DNA of 61,206 bases, filler included. It is 5 parts of 5 records of this genome, joined end to end, with 100 filler letters (N's around TTAATTAATTAA, not from the genome) between each part and the next. Parts side by side here need not be neighbours in the genome. Positions count along the whole stretch, not along the records: positions 52,307 to 61,206 come from SRR22947725_3384; 4 more parts are not named here. One strand, written 5' to 3'. The translations under genes and the position numbers were made by a program. The notes beneath the pieces were generated by a model. It had not been told where the DNA came from and made no database searches. It saw only the letters and a program-made list of their open reading frames with translations. Below are positions 59,193 to 61,206 of the stretch, one piece after another (the stretch's first letter is position 1; each line of letters opens with the position of its first letter).

Positions 59193-59297
59193 TAGTGTCG
59201 AGGGTAAACCGACAATAAATAGTTATGAACCCCGCCAGGCCTGGAAGGGAGCAACGGTAATAATTTTTTTATGTGTTGGATTCTATTCTCGGCACTA
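59193..59297 (+). ncRNA. ffs: Signal recognition particle RNA (4.5S)
   Basis: CCGCCAGGCCTGGAAGGGAGCAACGG domain IV with GGAA tetraloop; terminal stem TAGTGTCGAG / CTCGGCACTA; located upstream of dnaX. Confidence 0.92.
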
Positions 59298-59322
59298 CCT
59301 TAATTCAATGACCTAATTTGCA

Positions 59323-60942
59323 ATGAGTGAACACTACGAAGTTTTAGCTAGAAAATATAGACCTCATAATTTCAAAGAACTAGTTGGTCAAACTCACACC
59401 ATAAGAACACTTGTAAATGCATTAGACAATGACAATCTTCATCATGGATTTTTGTTTACTGGAACGCGTGGCGTCGGAAAGACAACAATTGCAAGAATTT
59501 TTGCAAAATCAGTTAACTGTGAGGTAGGTGTTAGTTCGAATCCATGTGGAAAATGTGCGACCTGTATTGAGATTGATAAAGGTCAATCAGTTGATTTAAT
59601 TGAACTTGATGCTGCTTCTCATACCGGCGTTGACCACATGAGAGAGATTCTTGATAATGCGCAGTACACGCCTACCAAAAATCTATACAAGATCTACCTT
59701 ATTGATGAAGTCCATATGCTTTCAAAGAGCAGCTTTAATGCACTCCTCAAAACTTTAGAAGAGCCACCTTCTCATATTAAATTTTTATTGGCGACAACTG
59801 ATCCTAAGAAACTGCCTATCACAATCCTCTCACGCTGCCTCCAATTCAACTTAAATAAGCTTTCTCATGATGAGATTTTGAACCATCTCAAGTTTGTTAT
59901 GAATGAAGAGAGCCTTAAGTTTGATGACAATGCACTATCAAAAATTGCTGAATTTGGAAATGGCTCAATGAGAGATGCACTAAGTCTCCTTGATCAGTCG
60001 ATATCTTTTGGAAATGGTAGTGTTTTAGAAAAGGATTTAAAAGAAATGCTTGGACTGGTCAATCATGATGAGATTAATCACCTTGCATCTTTAATCTGTG
60101 ATCGAGATGCCGAGAAAATTTTATTATTTGTAAAAGAAATGGCGCATAAAGGAGAAAATCTCTCAAATGCACTGAAAGATTTAACCTCGCTATTTCATAA
60201 AATTTCCATAACTCAAATAATAAACGATCAAAAACAATTCTCTCCAGAACTAATGGATCTTGCCAATCAATTTACTTCTCAAGATTTGCAGCTTTACTAT
60301 CAAATAGCAATTAATGGACAAAAAGATATGAGTCTTTCTCCTAGTGAGCAAATTGGCCTTGAAATGACGCTTCTAAGAATGGTTACTTTTCATCCAAATT
60401 TTGAAGCGGGTGAAAAAAAAACTCTAAATCTTAATCCTTCTATATCTCTGAAGAAAAATCCAAGCAAAGACAACTCTAAGGCCTCCTCAACATCTTCAAA
60501 TAAACAGAGTGATATTTCTATTAAGGAGGTCAATCACTTAGATATCAAATCCCAAGATGGATGGGAAAAAATCATAACTCAGCTTGACTTTAATGGTGCA
60601 GCGAAAATGCTAGTGAAAAATACAGTATTTAAATCATTAATTGATCAAAACCTGACGCTGACGCTGAGCGAGGAATTTGTTAACTTGCATACAACTAAAA
60701 CTGAAGAGTCAATTAGAAATGCGCTGCATAAAATCTATCCAGCCCTAGTAGTAATGATAGAGCCAGGTGAGACTAATGGAAGCTCTTTATCACAAAAAGA
60801 GTCAGTTAAGAATAAACAAATACAAAAACAAACAGAAAATCAATTTTTAAGTGATGATGGCCTTCAAGAGCTTCAGGAGGTCTTTAAATCTCAGGTTGAT
60901 CTAAAATCTATTAAATCAATAAAGGAGTCTGATAATGTTTAA
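59323..60942 (+). CDS. dnaX: DNA polymerase III subunit gamma/tau
   Basis: LARKYRP, GTRGVGKT, Zn-finger Cys cluster, DEVHML, SRC, GSMRDA. Confidence 0.97.
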   Translation: MSEHYEVLARKYRPHNFKELVGQTHTIRTLVNALDNDNLHHGFLFTGTRGVGKTTIARIFAKSVNCEVGVSSNPCGKCATCIEIDKGQSVDLIELDAASHTGVDHMREILDNAQYTPTKNLYKIYLIDEVHMLSKSSFNALLKTLEEPPSHIKFLLATTDPKKLPITILSRCLQFNLNKLSHDEILNHLKFVMNEESLKFDDNALSKIAEFGNGSMRDALSLLDQSISFGNGSVLEKDLKEMLGLVNHDEINHLASLICDRDAEKILLFVKEMAHKGENLSNALKDLTSLFHKISITQIINDQKQFSPELMDLANQFTSQDLQLYYQIAINGQKDMSLSPSEQIGLEMTLLRMVTFHPNFEAGEKKTLNLNPSISLKKNPSKDNSKASSTSSNKQSDISIKEVNHLDIKSQDGWEKIITQLDFNGAAKMLVKNTVFKSLIDQNLTLTLSEEFVNLHTTKTEESIRNALHKIYPALVVMIEPGETNGSSLSQKESVKNKQIQKQTENQFLSDDGLQELQEVFKSQVDLKSIKSIKESDNV

Positions 60943-61206
60943 AGGTGGAATGGCAGGAATGATGCAAAAAGCCAAACAAATGCAGGAGGACATGGAATTA
61001 GTTCAAAAAGAAATTAAATCACTCACCTGTGAGGGTGCCTCGGCTTCAGGAACTCTAAAAGTAGAAATGAATGGTGACCATCAAGTTACAAATATCTTTA
61101 TAGATGAAACACTCATGTCTGACAAAGACATGCTGGAAGATTTAATTATGATGGCTGTAAACGATGCCTCTTCAAAGATAGGCGAAATTTCAAAAGAAAA
61201 AATGAA
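60935..61206 (+). CDS. ybaB: YbaB/EbfC nucleoid-associated protein (3'-partial)
   Basis: MFKGGMAGMMQKAKQMQ...DKDMLEDLIMMAVNDA; AAGGAG Shine-Dalgarno; overlaps the dnaX stop. Confidence 0.92.
   Translation, partial: MFKGGMAGMMQKAKQMQEDMELVQKEIKSLTCEGASASGTLKVEMNGDHQVTNIFIDETLMSDKDMLEDLIMMAVNDASSKIGEISKEKM

Overview
This window is not one chromosome. It is five unrelated contigs joined by 100-nt artificial linkers (N-run + TTAATTAATTAA + N-run), apparently from a marine or aquatic metagenome. (1) 1-5761: eukaryotic contig with one 12-exon minus-strand gene that I could splice by hand into a continuous ORF of at least 1005 aa. Its architecture is S/T/P-rich N-terminus, degenerate dual-specificity phosphatase domain, gelsolin-like domain (a pair resembling plant MKP1), coiled coil, and C-terminal kinesin-14 motor. 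This fusion is the most novel item in the window. (2) 5862-15294: very AT-rich SAR11/Pelagibacter-like contig (mgtE end, panC, galU, ugd, RidA, topA, plsY, pyrC-like, pyrB, ruvX end). (3) 15395-21274: mid-GC, probably gammaproteobacterial contig (MOSC protein, acyl-CoA dehydrogenase, htpX, NSS and GPH/MFS transporters). (4) 21375-52206: high-GC actinobacterial contig resembling Acidimicrobiia/Ilumatobacteraceae (gltBD, panB, panC coupled to a ThnT/DmpA-like hydrolase, lipid-metabolism genes, ABC exporters, ctaA, liv-type ABC importer). It shows pervasive leaderless and symmetric bidirectional promoter signatures. (5) 52307-61206: AT-rich gammaproteobacterial contig resembling SUP05/Thioglobus (rho, trxA, AEC transporter, gltX, rodA, dacA, dat, SRP RNA, dnaX with an A9 slippery site, ybaB). 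Taxonomic labels are inferences from composition, gene order and recalled protein similarity; no database searches were run.
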